From positions 15,776 through 79,775 of the forward strand of contig JANLFO010000002.1 in the NCBI GenBank assembly GCA_024653205.1: a stretch of DNA of 64,000 nucleotides, in the 5' to 3' direction. Each line of letters begins with the position of its first letter. The first letter of the stretch is position 1. Made by a program: the position numbers and the translations under genes. This stretch comes from Clostridia bacterium. Lineage in GTDB: Bacteria > Bacillota > DSM-521 > Neomoorellales > SLTJ01. Under the pieces are notes generated by a model. The model searched no databases. It had not been told where the DNA came from and was given only the letters and a program-made list of their open reading frames with translations. This document shows, piece after piece, positions 46,186 to 55,985 of the stretch.

Positions 46186-47880
46186 GTGTTGGACCCCGAA
46201 ACCGCGGCCCGGATTGCCGCCGGGGAGATAATCGAACGGCCCGCTTCGGTGGTGAAGGAATTGGTAGAGAATGCCGTCGACGCCGCAGCCCGCCGGATCG
46301 AGGTACACGTTACCTCCAGACCCGACTGGCAGGCTGTGGTCCGAGATGACGGCGACGGCATTCCTGCCGAGGAGGTAGAGCTGGCCTTCGCCCGCCACGC
46401 CACCAGCAAGCTTACCGGCGTCGAGGACCTACGGCGGATCTCCACCTTGGGCTTCAGGGGGGAGGCCCTGCCCAGCATTGCGGCGGTGGCCGAGGTGGAG
46501 ATGCTCACCCGTCCGGCCGGCGCCGCCGGGGGAACCAGGGTGCGGGTGCGCGGGGGAAAGGTGCAGGAGCGGGTTCCCTGGCCGTGCGCTCCCGGCACCC
46601 GGGTGACGGTGAGCGACCTCTTCTTCAACCTCCCGGTCCGGCGCGGGGCACTGGCCGATCCCGGGCGGGAGGGCCTGAACGTGGCCGAGACCGTGGCCCG
46701 CCTGGCCCTGGCCCACCCCGACCGGGCCTTCAGCCTGGCCGCCGACGGGCGCCTGGTCTTCCGAGCGCCCGGCCGGGGCGATCTGCTGGGCGCCGTGGCG
46801 GCGGTGTGGGGAAGCGACCTGGCCCGGGAAATGATGCCGGTAGAAGGGGAGAGCGGCCGCCTGCAGGTTCGAGGGTACCTGGGGCGGCCCGGGGTGGGTC
46901 GGGCGGACCGGCGACGCCAGCTTCTGGTGGTGAACGGCCGGCCGGTGGTTTCGCAGGAGTTTTCCCGGCTCCTGGAGCGGTTGTACGCGGGGCAGGTGCC
47001 TCACGGGAAGCATCCGGTAGCGGTATTGCATCTGCTTCTTCCTCCGGAACAGGTGGACGCCAACGTGCATCCGGCCAAGCTCACTGTACGCCTCCTCTCC
47101 GAAGAAGAGATCTGGGAGGCGGTATACCGCTGCCTGCGGCCGGCGTTGGAAACGAGCTCGGGTCCGTCCAGGGCGGTTCTGACCCCGCCTGCCTCCGGAG
47201 TGCGGCGGGGAGAAAGCGGCACGGGGATGGTTCACGAGGTTGACCCGGGTAAGATGCAGGTGTATGACGCCGGTTTGCGGGCCGGCCCGTTTGAACCCGA
47301 GGTGCTCTTTCTGCCGCCGTTGGAGCCCATAGGTCAGCTCGCCGCCACCTACATACTGGCGCAGGCCGGCGGCGAGCTGTACATTATCGACCAGCATGCT
47401 GCGCACGAGCGTATTCGCTACACGGAATTGGGCCGCCGGGAACAAACCGGCGGGGCGACGCAGCTGCTGACCGCACCCCTTTCCCGGCAACTGGCCCCTC
47501 AGGAAACGGAGCTCTTCTGGCGTCACGCGGAGGTCTTCCGGCGCCTGGGTTACCTGGCGGAGCGGTTCGGGCCCGCCGGTATACTGTTTCGGGGTCTGCC
47601 GGCAGGTCTGCCCTCCGAGGACTCGTTGCGGGTGTTGGAAGAGGTACTGAGTTCCCTGGCGCAGGACCGCGGCGCGGAAGCGGAGCTGGCCGAGCGCACC
47701 CGAAAGGCACTTGCCTGCCGGGGGGCAATTAAGGCCAACCAGTACCTGGACCTGCGGGAAATGAGCATGCTCTTGGAGGAGTTGCGCCGGGTTCCCCAGC
47801 CGTACACCTGTCCCCACGGGCGGCCGGCGATATTGCGCTTTTCTCGTGAGGAGTTGGCCCGGGCCTTTGCCCGGCGCTAG
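46186..47880 (+). CDS. mutL: DNA mismatch repair protein MutL (endonuclease type)
   Basis: IAAGEIIERPASVVKELVENAVDA is a GHKL ATPase N-terminus. The C-terminal domain has DQHAAHERIRY, an endonuclease motif. Confidence 0.95.
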   Translation: MLDPETAARIAAGEIIERPASVVKELVENAVDAAARRIEVHVTSRPDWQAVVRDDGDGIPAEEVELAFARHATSKLTGVEDLRRISTLGFRGEALPSIAAVAEVEMLTRPAGAAGGTRVRVRGGKVQERVPWPCAPGTRVTVSDLFFNLPVRRGALADPGREGLNVAETVARLALAHPDRAFSLAADGRLVFRAPGRGDLLGAVAAVWGSDLAREMMPVEGESGRLQVRGYLGRPGVGRADRRRQLLVVNGRPVVSQEFSRLLERLYAGQVPHGKHPVAVLHLLLPPEQVDANVHPAKLTVRLLSEEEIWEAVYRCLRPALETSSGPSRAVLTPPASGVRRGESGTGMVHEVDPGKMQVYDAGLRAGPFEPEVLFLPPLEPIGQLAATYILAQAGGELYIIDQHAAHERIRYTELGRREQTGGATQLLTAPLSRQLAPQETELFWRHAEVFRRLGYLAERFGPAGILFRGLPAGLPSEDSLRVLEEVLSSLAQDRGAEAELAERTRKALACRGAIKANQYLDLREMSMLLEELRRVPQPYTCPHGRPAILRFSREELARAFARR

Positions 47881-47894
47881 GGAGGCACCGGCAC

Positions 47895-48905
47895 GTGCGT
47901 TTGTGGGTAATCCTGGGGCCCACGGCGGTAGGCAAGTCCGAGGTAGCGGTAGAGGTGGCCGGACTAGTAGACGGTGAGGTGGTAGTGGCCGATTCCATGC
48001 AGGTGTACAAGGGGCTGGACATAGGTACGGCAAAACTCGGCGAGCGGCAGAAGGTGGCCGGCAACGGCCGCTATATACCGCACCACCTGGTGGACGTGAC
48101 CACGCCCGACCGGCCTTTCAGCGTAGCCGAATACCAGCGCCTGGCCAGAAGAGCAATTACCGACATTCTGGCCCGGGGAAGAACCCCCATTCTGGCCGGC
48201 GGATCCGCTCTTTATTTGAGGGCCATGATCGATCCCGATTATACCTTTCCGCCCCTGGCCGCCGACCCCGCCCTGCGGCACAGGTTGCGGCGCCGTGCGG
48301 AAGAGCAAGGGAGCGCCGCCCTCCACCGGGAGTTGGCGAGTGTAGATCCGGAGAGTGCCGCGCGGCTTCACCCGAACGATCTCCGCCGGGTGATACGGGC
48401 ACTGGAGATTTACCATCTGACCGGACGGCCGGCCTCGCGGTGGCGACCCGCAGCCGGGCACTCTCTCCCTTACGCCCCAAGCCTCATCGGTTTGATTCTC
48501 CCCCGCTCGCTGCTTTACGAGCGCATAGACCGGCGGACGAAAGAGATGCTGGGCCGCGGCTGGGTGGAAGAGGTGAAGGGTCTCCTTGAAGCGGGATACT
48601 CGCCTGCGCTTCCCGCGCTTCAGGGCCTGGGCTACCGGCACATTGTGGCCTACCTCCGGGGGGAGTGCACTCACGAGGAGATGGTACGCCTCATACAGCG
48701 GGACACACGGCGGTTTGCCAAGCGGCAGCTGACCTGGTTTCGCCGGGACCGGCGCATCCGCTGGTTTGATGTCAGCCGTTATCCAAACGCCCGTATTCTG
48801 GCCGCGGAAATAGTGGCCGAGATCGGCAGGACTACCGGGGCAGGCGTAGAATATATAACCGAGATGAGCGCTAAACCACCGCTGGAGGGAAAACCTGGTG
48901 AGTAA
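47895..48905 (+). CDS. miaA: tRNA dimethylallyltransferase
   Basis: [18 protein letters not shown]-loop, plus [17 protein letters not shown] and RQLTWFRR. Confidence 0.93.
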   Translation: MRLWVILGPTAVGKSEVAVEVAGLVDGEVVVADSMQVYKGLDIGTAKLGERQKVAGNGRYIPHHLVDVTTPDRPFSVAEYQRLARRAITDILARGRTPILAGGSALYLRAMIDPDYTFPPLAADPALRHRLRRRAEEQGSAALHRELASVDPESAARLHPNDLRRVIRALEIYHLTGRPASRWRPAAGHSLPYAPSLIGLILPRSLLYERIDRRTKEMLGRGWVEEVKGLLEAGYSPALPALQGLGYRHIVAYLRGECTHEEMVRLIQRDTRRFAKRQLTWFRRDRRIRWFDVSRYPNARILAAEIVAEIGRTTGAGVEYITEMSAKPPLEGKPGE

Positions 48906-49149
48906 GGGTCAGATTAACCTTCAAGACTGGTATTTGAACCAATTGCGCAAGGAGAACGTGCCGGTCACCATCTACCTGGTTAACGGGTTCCAGCTCAAGG
49001 GCGTGATCCGGGCCTTTGACAACTTTACGGTAGTGGTGGATGTAGAAGGCCGCCAGCAAATGGTTTATAAGCACGCCATCTCTACGGTAATGCCTCAGCG
49101 TCCGCTCAATCTGGCCCAGGCTCTCGCCCAGCAGGAGGGTCTCTCGTAA
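48898..49149 (+). CDS. hfq: RNA chaperone Hfq
   Basis: [40 protein letters not shown]...[10 protein letters not shown], Sm1/Sm2 motifs. Confidence 0.95.
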   Translation: MSKGQINLQDWYLNQLRKENVPVTIYLVNGFQLKGVIRAFDNFTVVVDVEGRQQMVYKHAISTVMPQRPLNLAQALAQQEGLS

Positions 49150-49181
49150 GCCGGCTCCGGTTGCCGAGGAGGTATCGGCCC

Positions 49182-50168
49182 ATGACCGTCCTTCCCTTCC
49201 TTCCCCGCAAGAGCGGCGCGGCCTGGGTATTGGTGCTGGTGCTTGCCCTGATGCTGGCGGCCGGATGTAGCCGCAAGGCCGAATCAGATCCCCTCCGAGT
49301 AGGTGTAATTCCGGTCGAGGATAACTTCCCCTTCTTTGTGGCCGAGCAGGAAGGGATGTTTGAGAAGCTCGGGCTAAGAGTGGAACTGGTGCCCTTCAAC
49401 AGTGCCCGAGACCGGGATCTGGCCCTCCAGGCGGGCAAGATCGACGGCGAGACCGCCGACCCGGTGGCCGTGGCTCTGCTGCGCAAGTCGGGCACGGCGG
49501 CGAAGATCATATGCCTTACCATGGGCGCCCGGCCGGAAGAGGGACGTTTCGTGCTGCTGGCCGCCCCCAGCGGGCGGGTGAAGAATCCTCAGGACCTGCG
49601 CGGAGCCACGCTGGCGGTATCCGAAAACACGGTTATTGAGTACGTTGCCGATCAGTTGCTGGCCAATGCCGGCCTCAATCCCGCTCAGGTTAGCAAGACC
49701 CCGGTGCCGGACATGGCCCAGCGGCTGCAATTGCTTCTCGGCGGCCGGGTAGACGCCGCGGTGCTCCCGGATCCGCTGGCTACCCTGGCGCAGGAGCAGG
49801 GGGCGCCGGTACTCATGGATGATACCCGGCAGAAGGAAAACCTCTCCCAAGTGGTGCTGGTCTTCCGGGAGGAAGTCATCCGGAGCCGCCGGGACGACCT
49901 GGTCAAGCTGGTCCGGGCCTACCAGCAGGCGGCGGCAGAAGTGACGGCCCGACCGCAAGCGTTCCGGGAGCTCTTCGTGGAGCGCACCCGCCTTCCCGAA
50001 GCCCTCAGGGATACCTATCTTACGCCTCGCTACTCTGCCCCGGCGCTCCCGCAGCCGGAGGATCTGGACAGGGTTATACGCTGGATGGTCGCCAAGGGAC
50101 TGCTGTCCGATCCTTATTCGTACCACGATCTGGTGGAGGAAGGGGTTCTAAAGGACCTGGAGCCATGA
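49182..50168 (+). CDS. ABC transporter substrate-binding lipoprotein (NMT1/SsuA/TauA-like)
   Basis: Lipobox LAAGCS. ATG at 49182 is 9 nt after GAGGAGG. Substrate not assignable. Confidence 0.8.
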   Translation: MTVLPFLPRKSGAAWVLVLVLALMLAAGCSRKAESDPLRVGVIPVEDNFPFFVAEQEGMFEKLGLRVELVPFNSARDRDLALQAGKIDGETADPVAVALLRKSGTAAKIICLTMGARPEEGRFVLLAAPSGRVKNPQDLRGATLAVSENTVIEYVADQLLANAGLNPAQVSKTPVPDMAQRLQLLLGGRVDAAVLPDPLATLAQEQGAPVLMDDTRQKENLSQVVLVFREEVIRSRRDDLVKLVRAYQQAAAEVTARPQAFRELFVERTRLPEALRDTYLTPRYSAPALPQPEDLDRVIRWMVAKGLLSDPYSYHDLVEEGVLKDLEP

Positions 50169-50929
50169 CCGTGCCTTTTCTGGAGGTAGACGCGGTTAGC
50201 CTGGTTTATTCCCAGAACGGGCACCGGATCGGCGCCCTGGAAGAGGTCAGCCTGGAGGTCGGACGGGGTGAGAGTTGGGCGATAATCGGGCCGTCCGGGT
50301 GCGGCAAGACCTCACTACTGTACCTCATGGCCGGGTTGCGGCCGCCTACCCGGGGGGTGGTCCGGGTGGAAGGAAAGGTATTGACCGGACCCCGACCCCA
50401 AACCGCCCTGATCCTCCAGGACTACGGCCTCTTCCCCTGGAAGAATGTCTATCAGAATGCAGTTCTGGGGTTGGAGATCCGCGGGGTTAGCCACCAAGAG
50501 CAGCGCCGGCTGGCCATGCCCATCCTCCGGGAACTGGGGTTGGAAGAGTTTCTCTCCTGCTATCCCGGGCAACTGAGCGGAGGACAGCGGCAACGGGTGG
50601 CCATCGCCCGCGCCCTGGCCCTATCTCCAGATCTGTTGCTGATGGACGAACCCTTGTCCGCCCTGGACGCCCTGACGCGGGAGGGGCTGCAGGACCTGGT
50701 CCTCGAGATTTGGAGGCAGCAAGGCCTCACCATGGTACTGGTTACCCATAGCATAGAGGAAGCGGTTTACCTGGGCAGAAAAATTGTGGTTCTCACTCCC
50801 CGTCCGGGCAGGGTTCTGGAAATAGTCGATAATCATCTGGCCGGCCTGCCCTCTTTTCGACAGTCCCAGACGTTTTACCAGCAGTGCATCCGGCTACGTC
50901 GTCTTCTGGAGGTAGGGGAGAGTGGGTAA
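50165..50929 (+). CDS. ABC transporter ATP-binding protein (NitT/TauT family)
   Basis: GPSGCGKTS, LSGGQRQRVAIARAL, LLMDEP. Confidence 0.85.
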   Translation: MTVPFLEVDAVSLVYSQNGHRIGALEEVSLEVGRGESWAIIGPSGCGKTSLLYLMAGLRPPTRGVVRVEGKVLTGPRPQTALILQDYGLFPWKNVYQNAVLGLEIRGVSHQEQRRLAMPILRELGLEEFLSCYPGQLSGGQRQRVAIARALALSPDLLLMDEPLSALDALTREGLQDLVLEIWRQQGLTMVLVTHSIEEAVYLGRKIVVLTPRPGRVLEIVDNHLAGLPSFRQSQTFYQQCIRLRRLLEVGESG

Positions 50930-51659
50930 CCGGTTACAGCTCGGGCTGGGTCTCCTCTGGGTGCTTCTGGCCTGGGAAGTACTGTCCCTTGCCCTTAATC
51001 ACCCCGCCCTTCCCGGCCCGCTGGTGGCGCTGGCGGACCTGATTCGTCATGCCGGCCGCCTTTGGCCCCACTTCTGGTACAGCTTCTACCGGGTGGTGCT
51101 GAGCCTGTTGGTGGGCCTGGTCACCGCCGCTCCCCTGGGGTTGGCTGTGGGTCGCAAGGAAACCCTCGACCGCCTGCTCATGCCTGCGGCTTATCTCCTC
51201 TACCCGGTACCCAAGATAGCTTTTCTGCCCCTGGTTTTTCTCCTGTTGGGTATCGGTGATGGGGCGCGGATCTTCCTGGTCACCACCATTATTTTCTTTC
51301 AGATCCTCGTGGCCAGTCGGGACGCCGCCCGGGGTATTCCCCAACAATCTATTCTCTCCATGCTTTCCCTGGGGGCGAGGCCCGGACAGGTGTTTCGCCA
51401 CATCATTCTTCCCGCCTGTCTTCCCGGCATTCTGAGTGCCCTGAGGGTAAGCCTGGGCACGGCCATTTCCGTACTCTTTTTTACCGAAACCGTAGCCGGG
51501 ACTACGGGACTCGGTTACTATATTTTCGACTCCATGTACCGGGCCGACTACCCGCAGATGTTGGCCGGCATTGTGGCCATAGGCCTTTTGGGCCTGATGC
51601 TCTTTGCCTTCATAGATTGGCTGGAGCGGCGGCTGTGCGCCTGGCAGTACGTAGTGTAA
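50922..51659 (+). CDS. ABC transporter permease (NitT/TauT family)
   Basis: 245-aa polytopic ORF overlapping the ATPase gene stop. Confidence 0.85.
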   Translation: MGNRLQLGLGLLWVLLAWEVLSLALNHPALPGPLVALADLIRHAGRLWPHFWYSFYRVVLSLLVGLVTAAPLGLAVGRKETLDRLLMPAAYLLYPVPKIAFLPLVFLLLGIGDGARIFLVTTIIFFQILVASRDAARGIPQQSILSMLSLGARPGQVFRHIILPACLPGILSALRVSLGTAISVLFFTETVAGTTGLGYYIFDSMYRADYPQMLAGIVAIGLLGLMLFAFIDWLERRLCAWQYVV

Positions 51660-51796
51660 CCTGAGTTATAGCCTGCCGGCAGGGCAAACCGGGGATCACC
51701 AGGTGGTCTGGCTGGGTGGCATCGGGCCCGACCGAGCCGGGAGGCAGGAACCTGCCCAGAACAAACCAGGTTAGCCGGTTTAAGGAGGAAGAGATC

Positions 51797-52432
51797 ATGC
51801 CGGACACGCTGGTACGCTTTAAGGCCGGGGAATTGGAGCTGGAGGGCCTGCTGGCATGCCCGCCTGAAGCCAGGGCCGGAGTGGTAATCTGTCATCCCCA
51901 CCCCTTACACGGCGCGAACATGCGCAATTTCGTGGTGCGGGCGGTGGCCAAGTCTCTTCAAGCCCGGGGCTTTGCCACCTTTCGCTTCAATTTCCGGGGA
52001 GTGGGCAACAGCGAAGGCGAGTATGACGAGGGCCGGGGAGAGGTAAACGATGCCCTGGAGGCCCTGGCCTATCTCGGCGCCCGGCTTGCGCCCGGAACTC
52101 CCCTGGGATTGTGCGGATATTCTTTTGGCGGAATGGTAGCCTTCCGGGCTGCGGCGGCAGGCGCAAGAATAGCCGCCCTGGCCGGGATAGCTCCCTATCT
52201 GGTGATGGATCCCCCGGAGGTGTTGGCGGGCTACAGCGGGCCCAAATTCATCGTCGTCGGTACCGCCGACGACGTTGTCGATCCGCGCCGGCTCAAGACG
52301 TTGGTAGATTCCACCATGCGTGGGTCCAGGGAATTTCGGCTTCTTGACGGTGCCGACCACTTCTTTGTAGACCGCGAGGCCGAGGTAGGCGAGGTGGTGG
52401 CGGAGTTCTTTACCACCTGCCTGCCCGGGTGA
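51797..52432 (+). CDS. Alpha/beta hydrolase (COG2945-like)
   Basis: VICHPHPLHGANM...FRFNFRGVGNSEG...CGYSFGG nucleophile elbow. ATG at 51797 after AAGGAGGAAGAG. Confidence 0.7.
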   Translation: MPDTLVRFKAGELELEGLLACPPEARAGVVICHPHPLHGANMRNFVVRAVAKSLQARGFATFRFNFRGVGNSEGEYDEGRGEVNDALEALAYLGARLAPGTPLGLCGYSFGGMVAFRAAAAGARIAALAGIAPYLVMDPPEVLAGYSGPKFIVVGTADDVVDPRRLKTLVDSTMRGSREFRLLDGADHFFVDREAEVGEVVAEFFTTCLPG

Positions 52433-53324
52433 GCCCTGCCTCCCGGGCCGCAGCCAGGGCGGCGGCATACTCCTCTCGGGTAAGCCGGCGGTCGAGAGGT
52501 GGGTACCGCCCGGCCTTATGGGCCGGGTAGTACTGGGCCATGATATTGACGAAGGTATGGCGGGAAAGCTCTCCGGCGATAAAGCGGAGGATCTGTTCGG
52601 TTCCGGCCAGGTTATCCGGCAGTACCAGGTGGCGGACCAGCAATCCCCTTACCGCCAGACCGTCCGGCCCTACCACCAGGTCGCCCACCTGCCGGTGCAT
52701 CTCCTTGAGGGCCTCTCTGGCCCTCTCCGGGTAATCCGGTGCGCCGGAGTATCGGGCGGCAGGTTCCTCATTCCAGTACTTGAAGTCCGGCATGTAAATG
52801 TCTACTACCCCGTCGAGGAGGACCAGGGTTTCCACGGCCTCGTAACCGCCGCAGTTATAGACCAGGGGCAGGGAAAGCCCGCGCTCCAGCCCTATGGCCA
52901 GGGCGCCCAGAATCTGCGGCACGAAGTGGGTAGGGGTGACCAGATTGAGGTTGTGGCATCCCATATCCTGCAGGTCGAGCAGCACGCCGGCCAGTTCCTC
53001 CTCACTCACTACCCGACCGGCACCACCGTGGCTTATCTCCCAGTTCTGGCAGAAGACACAGCGCAGGTTGCAGTGGCCAAAGAACACCGTGCCCGAGCCG
53101 TGCCGCCCGACCAGAACCGCCTCTTCGCCGAAGTGGGGACCGTAGTCCGCCACCGCGGCCCGGGCCCCCGCCCGGCACTTACCCGTTTCCCCCGCGAGCC
53201 GGTTGACCCCGCAGGCATGGGGGCAGATATTGCAGGCGCGAAGCCGTTCGGTGGCCATTTCGGCCCTTCGCCTGAGCTCTGCCGGTCCGGTCTTGAGGTA
53301 GGCGGGAACCGCCACCCCTTTCAC
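52410..53324 (-). CDS. Radical SAM protein, PflX-like (COG1313) activase homolog
   Basis: CNICPHACGVNR...GKC accessory cluster and GHCNLRCVFCQNWEIS radical SAM motif. Start is GTG 53324 or 53315 (track start 53417 is upstream). 3' ends overlap the hydrolase gene by 23 nt. Confidence 0.75.
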   Translation of the reverse strand: MKGVAVPAYLKTGPAELRRRAEMATERLRACNICPHACGVNRLAGETGKCRAGARAAVADYGPHFGEEAVLVGRHGSGTVFFGHCNLRCVFCQNWEISHGGAGRVVSEEELAGVLLDLQDMGCHNLNLVTPTHFVPQILGALAIGLERGLSLPLVYNCGGYEAVETLVLLDGVVDIYMPDFKYWNEEPAARYSGAPDYPERAREALKEMHRQVGDLVVGPDGLAVRGLLVRHLVLPDNLAGTEQILRFIAGELSRHTFVNIMAQYYPAHKAGRYPPLDRRLTREEYAAALAAAREAGLTRAGRW

Positions 53325-53542
53325 CTGCCTTCCTGGCCGATGCTCTTCCCGTATTCTGAGGCTAATTCGCCACCTGCCGGCGGCCTCCTGCCGGCTGGCG
53401 AAAATTGGTGCCGACACCCGAATCCTAGCCTTCGGCGGGCGGACATATACATGCCTGACGAGAGGTGCCAGAGAACTGACGGGTCCGTACCAGAGGTTCC
53501 GGAAACCGGGGATAACCTCAGGTACCGAGAGGAGGAAGAACG

Positions 53543-54502
53543 GTGACCCGGCTCAATCTCCTCTACGGCGGCCGGGCTCCTTCCGCTCAAGAGGGAGGCC
53601 GGAACCCGGCCGGCGGCGCCCCGGCCCTCGAGCCGGCCAACGGCCAGCGACGGGTTAGGCGCGAGCCGGAGGCCCTGGCCGAGTTGGACCGGCTGGTCGG
53701 TCTGGCCCGGGTAAAGGAATTGGTGCGCGAGATCTATGCCTACCTCGAGGTTGGCCGGTGGCGCAGCCGCGAGAACCTGACCACCGTTCCTACTGTACTG
53801 CACATGGTCTTCCGGGGTAACCCCGGCACCGGCAAGACTACGGTGGCCCGGCTGCTGGGGAGGCTTTTCCGGGACTTGGGTGTGCTCTCCCGGGGCCACC
53901 TGGTGGAGGTAGAGCGGGCGGACCTGGTGGGACAGTACGTGGGACATACGGCGCAGAAGACCCGAGAGCAGATAAAGAAGGCGCTGGGGGGCATCCTGTT
54001 TGTAGACGAGGCCTACTCTTTGGCCCGGGGCGGCGAGAAGGACTTCGGCCGGGAGGCCATCGATACGCTGGTCAGGGCTACGGAGCTGCACCGCAACGAG
54101 TTCGTCCTGATCCTTGCGGGCTATCACGCGGAAATGGAGCGCTTCCTCCGCACCAACCCGGGGCTTTGCTCACGCCTGCCCCTGGAACTCGTCTTTCCCG
54201 ACTACAACGTCTCGGAGTTGCTGGAGATCGCCAGGTACATGCTCTCCGAACGCGACTACCGCCTGAGTCCCGCCGCCGAGGCCCTGCTCGAGCGCCACCT
54301 GCGCCAACTGGTGCTAACCGGCCAGGCAGCCCAGGGTAACGCCCGCCTGGTACGCAACCTGCTCGAAAAGGCGATGCGGCGGCAGGCGTTACGCCTGCTG
54401 AACCAGGGGCAGGCCACCCGAGAGGAACTGATGTCCCTGGAACCCGCTGATTTCGGTCCCCTGCTTTGCTCTCTCGCCCCTCCCCAGGAAGTTCAGGCGT
54501 AG
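53543..54502 (+). CDS. spoVK: Stage V sporulation protein K (CbbX-type AAA+ ATPase)
   Basis: HMVFRGNPGTGKTTVARLLG...ADLVGQYVGHTAQKT...GGILFVDEAYSLARGGEKDFGREAIDTLV, near-colinear with B. subtilis SpoVK. Confidence 0.85.
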   Translation: MTRLNLLYGGRAPSAQEGGRNPAGGAPALEPANGQRRVRREPEALAELDRLVGLARVKELVREIYAYLEVGRWRSRENLTTVPTVLHMVFRGNPGTGKTTVARLLGRLFRDLGVLSRGHLVEVERADLVGQYVGHTAQKTREQIKKALGGILFVDEAYSLARGGEKDFGREAIDTLVRATELHRNEFVLILAGYHAEMERFLRTNPGLCSRLPLELVFPDYNVSELLEIARYMLSERDYRLSPAAEALLERHLRQLVLTGQAAQGNARLVRNLLEKAMRRQALRLLNQGQATREELMSLEPADFGPLLCSLAPPQEVQA

Positions 54503-54645
54503 CCGGAGGCAACGCCCTCCTGCCGGCATCAAGAGCACGCGAAAGCCCTGTTGGCCGGGCGTGCCGGAGGTAAGACATGCCTGGTCCGGCAGGAAGGCCG
54601 ATAAGGAAGGGCGAATCTAGATGGGAAGAACTGGGAGGGATTGCC

Positions 54646-55938
54646 ATGTTCTCTTACCGGGGGTGGCTTAAACAGCAATACCATTTTCACGAGTCTCTGG
54701 TAGACCTGGGGCTGGCGGTAGACGAGGAGGTTCGGGCGGTCTTTAAGGAGCTGGAGGCGGTGGCCAGGGTCAACCATGCCCGGGTTCTCCACGCCTTCCT
54801 GGAAGCAGGGGTGGCTGACTATCATTTTGGCGGCAGCACCGGCTACGGCTACGGCGACCTCGGCCGCAGCACCCTGGAGGAAGTATTTCGCCGGGTATTC
54901 GGGGCAGAAGCGGCGCTGGTTAGAACCTCGATCGCTTCCGGTACCCACGCCTTGGCGCTGTGCCTGTTTGGGGTGCTGAGACCGGGAGATGAGCTTCTGG
55001 TGCTGGGGGAGATTTACCCTACGTTGCGCGGTTTGGTGGGGTTGGACGGGGGAGGTCCCGGAAGCCTTTCCGAGTGGGGGATCGAGTGCCGGCAGGCCCC
55101 TCTGGACACGGATCCGGAAGCGGTTCTGCGGCCCAATACCCGGGCCGTATTCCTGCAGCGTTCCGCCGGTTACAGCCGGGGCTCTTCCCTGGGGATCCCG
55201 GTGCTTTCTCAGCTCATCAACCGTTTCAAGCGGGTGGCTCCGGAAGTCATCATAATCGTGGATAACTGCTACGGCGAATTCGTAGAAATGCTGGAGCCCT
55301 CACACGTGGAGGCCGATCTCGTAGCCGGCTCACTCATCAAGAATCCGGGAGGAGGGCTGGCTCCGGCCGGGGGCTACGTGGTGGGCCGGCAGGATCTGGT
55401 GGAGCGGGCGGCGGCGCGCCTTACCGCCCCGGGGCTGGAGGGACTGGTAGGCGCGGAGCCCCAGGGCTACCGGCTCCTCTACCAGGGTCTCTACCTGGCG
55501 CCGCTGATGGTAGCCGAGGCCCTCAAGACGGCGGTTTTTGCCGCCCGGCTGTTCGAGCGCCTGGGCTTTGAGGTCTTCCCGCCCCACAATGCTCCCCGCA
55601 CGGACATCGTACAGGCGGTGGAATTGGGCAGCCCGCAAAGGCTCCTCGCCTTTTGCCGGGGTCTGCAAAAGGCGTCACCGGTGGATTCCCGGGCCCTGCC
55701 CGAACCCTCATACCTGCCCGGCTACAGGGGGGAAGTGCTGATGGCCGCCGGCACGTTCGTCCAGGGAGCTTCACTCGAGCTTTCCGCCGACGCCCCCTGG
55801 GAGCCGCCTTACACGGTGTACCTCCAAGGCGGTCTGTCCTACTGCTACGGCCAGATCGGGGTACTGGCCGCAGCGCAGGAACTCCTGGCCGCAGGTCTGC
55901 TGCCCAGGCCTTTACAGGAGGATATTGTCGCCCGGTAG
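54646..55938 (+). CDS. ynbB: Methionine gamma-lyase-family / aluminium-resistance-family PLP protein (YnbB-like)
   Basis: NHARVLHAFLEAGVADYHFGGSTGYGYGDLGR...GSLIKNPGGGLAP. ATG at 54646 after GGGAGGG. Confidence 0.8.
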   Translation: MFSYRGWLKQQYHFHESLVDLGLAVDEEVRAVFKELEAVARVNHARVLHAFLEAGVADYHFGGSTGYGYGDLGRSTLEEVFRRVFGAEAALVRTSIASGTHALALCLFGVLRPGDELLVLGEIYPTLRGLVGLDGGGPGSLSEWGIECRQAPLDTDPEAVLRPNTRAVFLQRSAGYSRGSSLGIPVLSQLINRFKRVAPEVIIIVDNCYGEFVEMLEPSHVEADLVAGSLIKNPGGGLAPAGGYVVGRQDLVERAAARLTAPGLEGLVGAEPQGYRLLYQGLYLAPLMVAEALKTAVFAARLFERLGFEVFPPHNAPRTDIVQAVELGSPQRLLAFCRGLQKASPVDSRALPEPSYLPGYRGEVLMAAGTFVQGASLELSADAPWEPPYTVYLQGGLSYCYGQIGVLAAAQELLAAGLLPRPLQEDIVAR

Positions 55939-55985
55939 CGAATTCCCTTGGGAAAAGGCGGACGAGGCACGGGAGGCGATACCCT

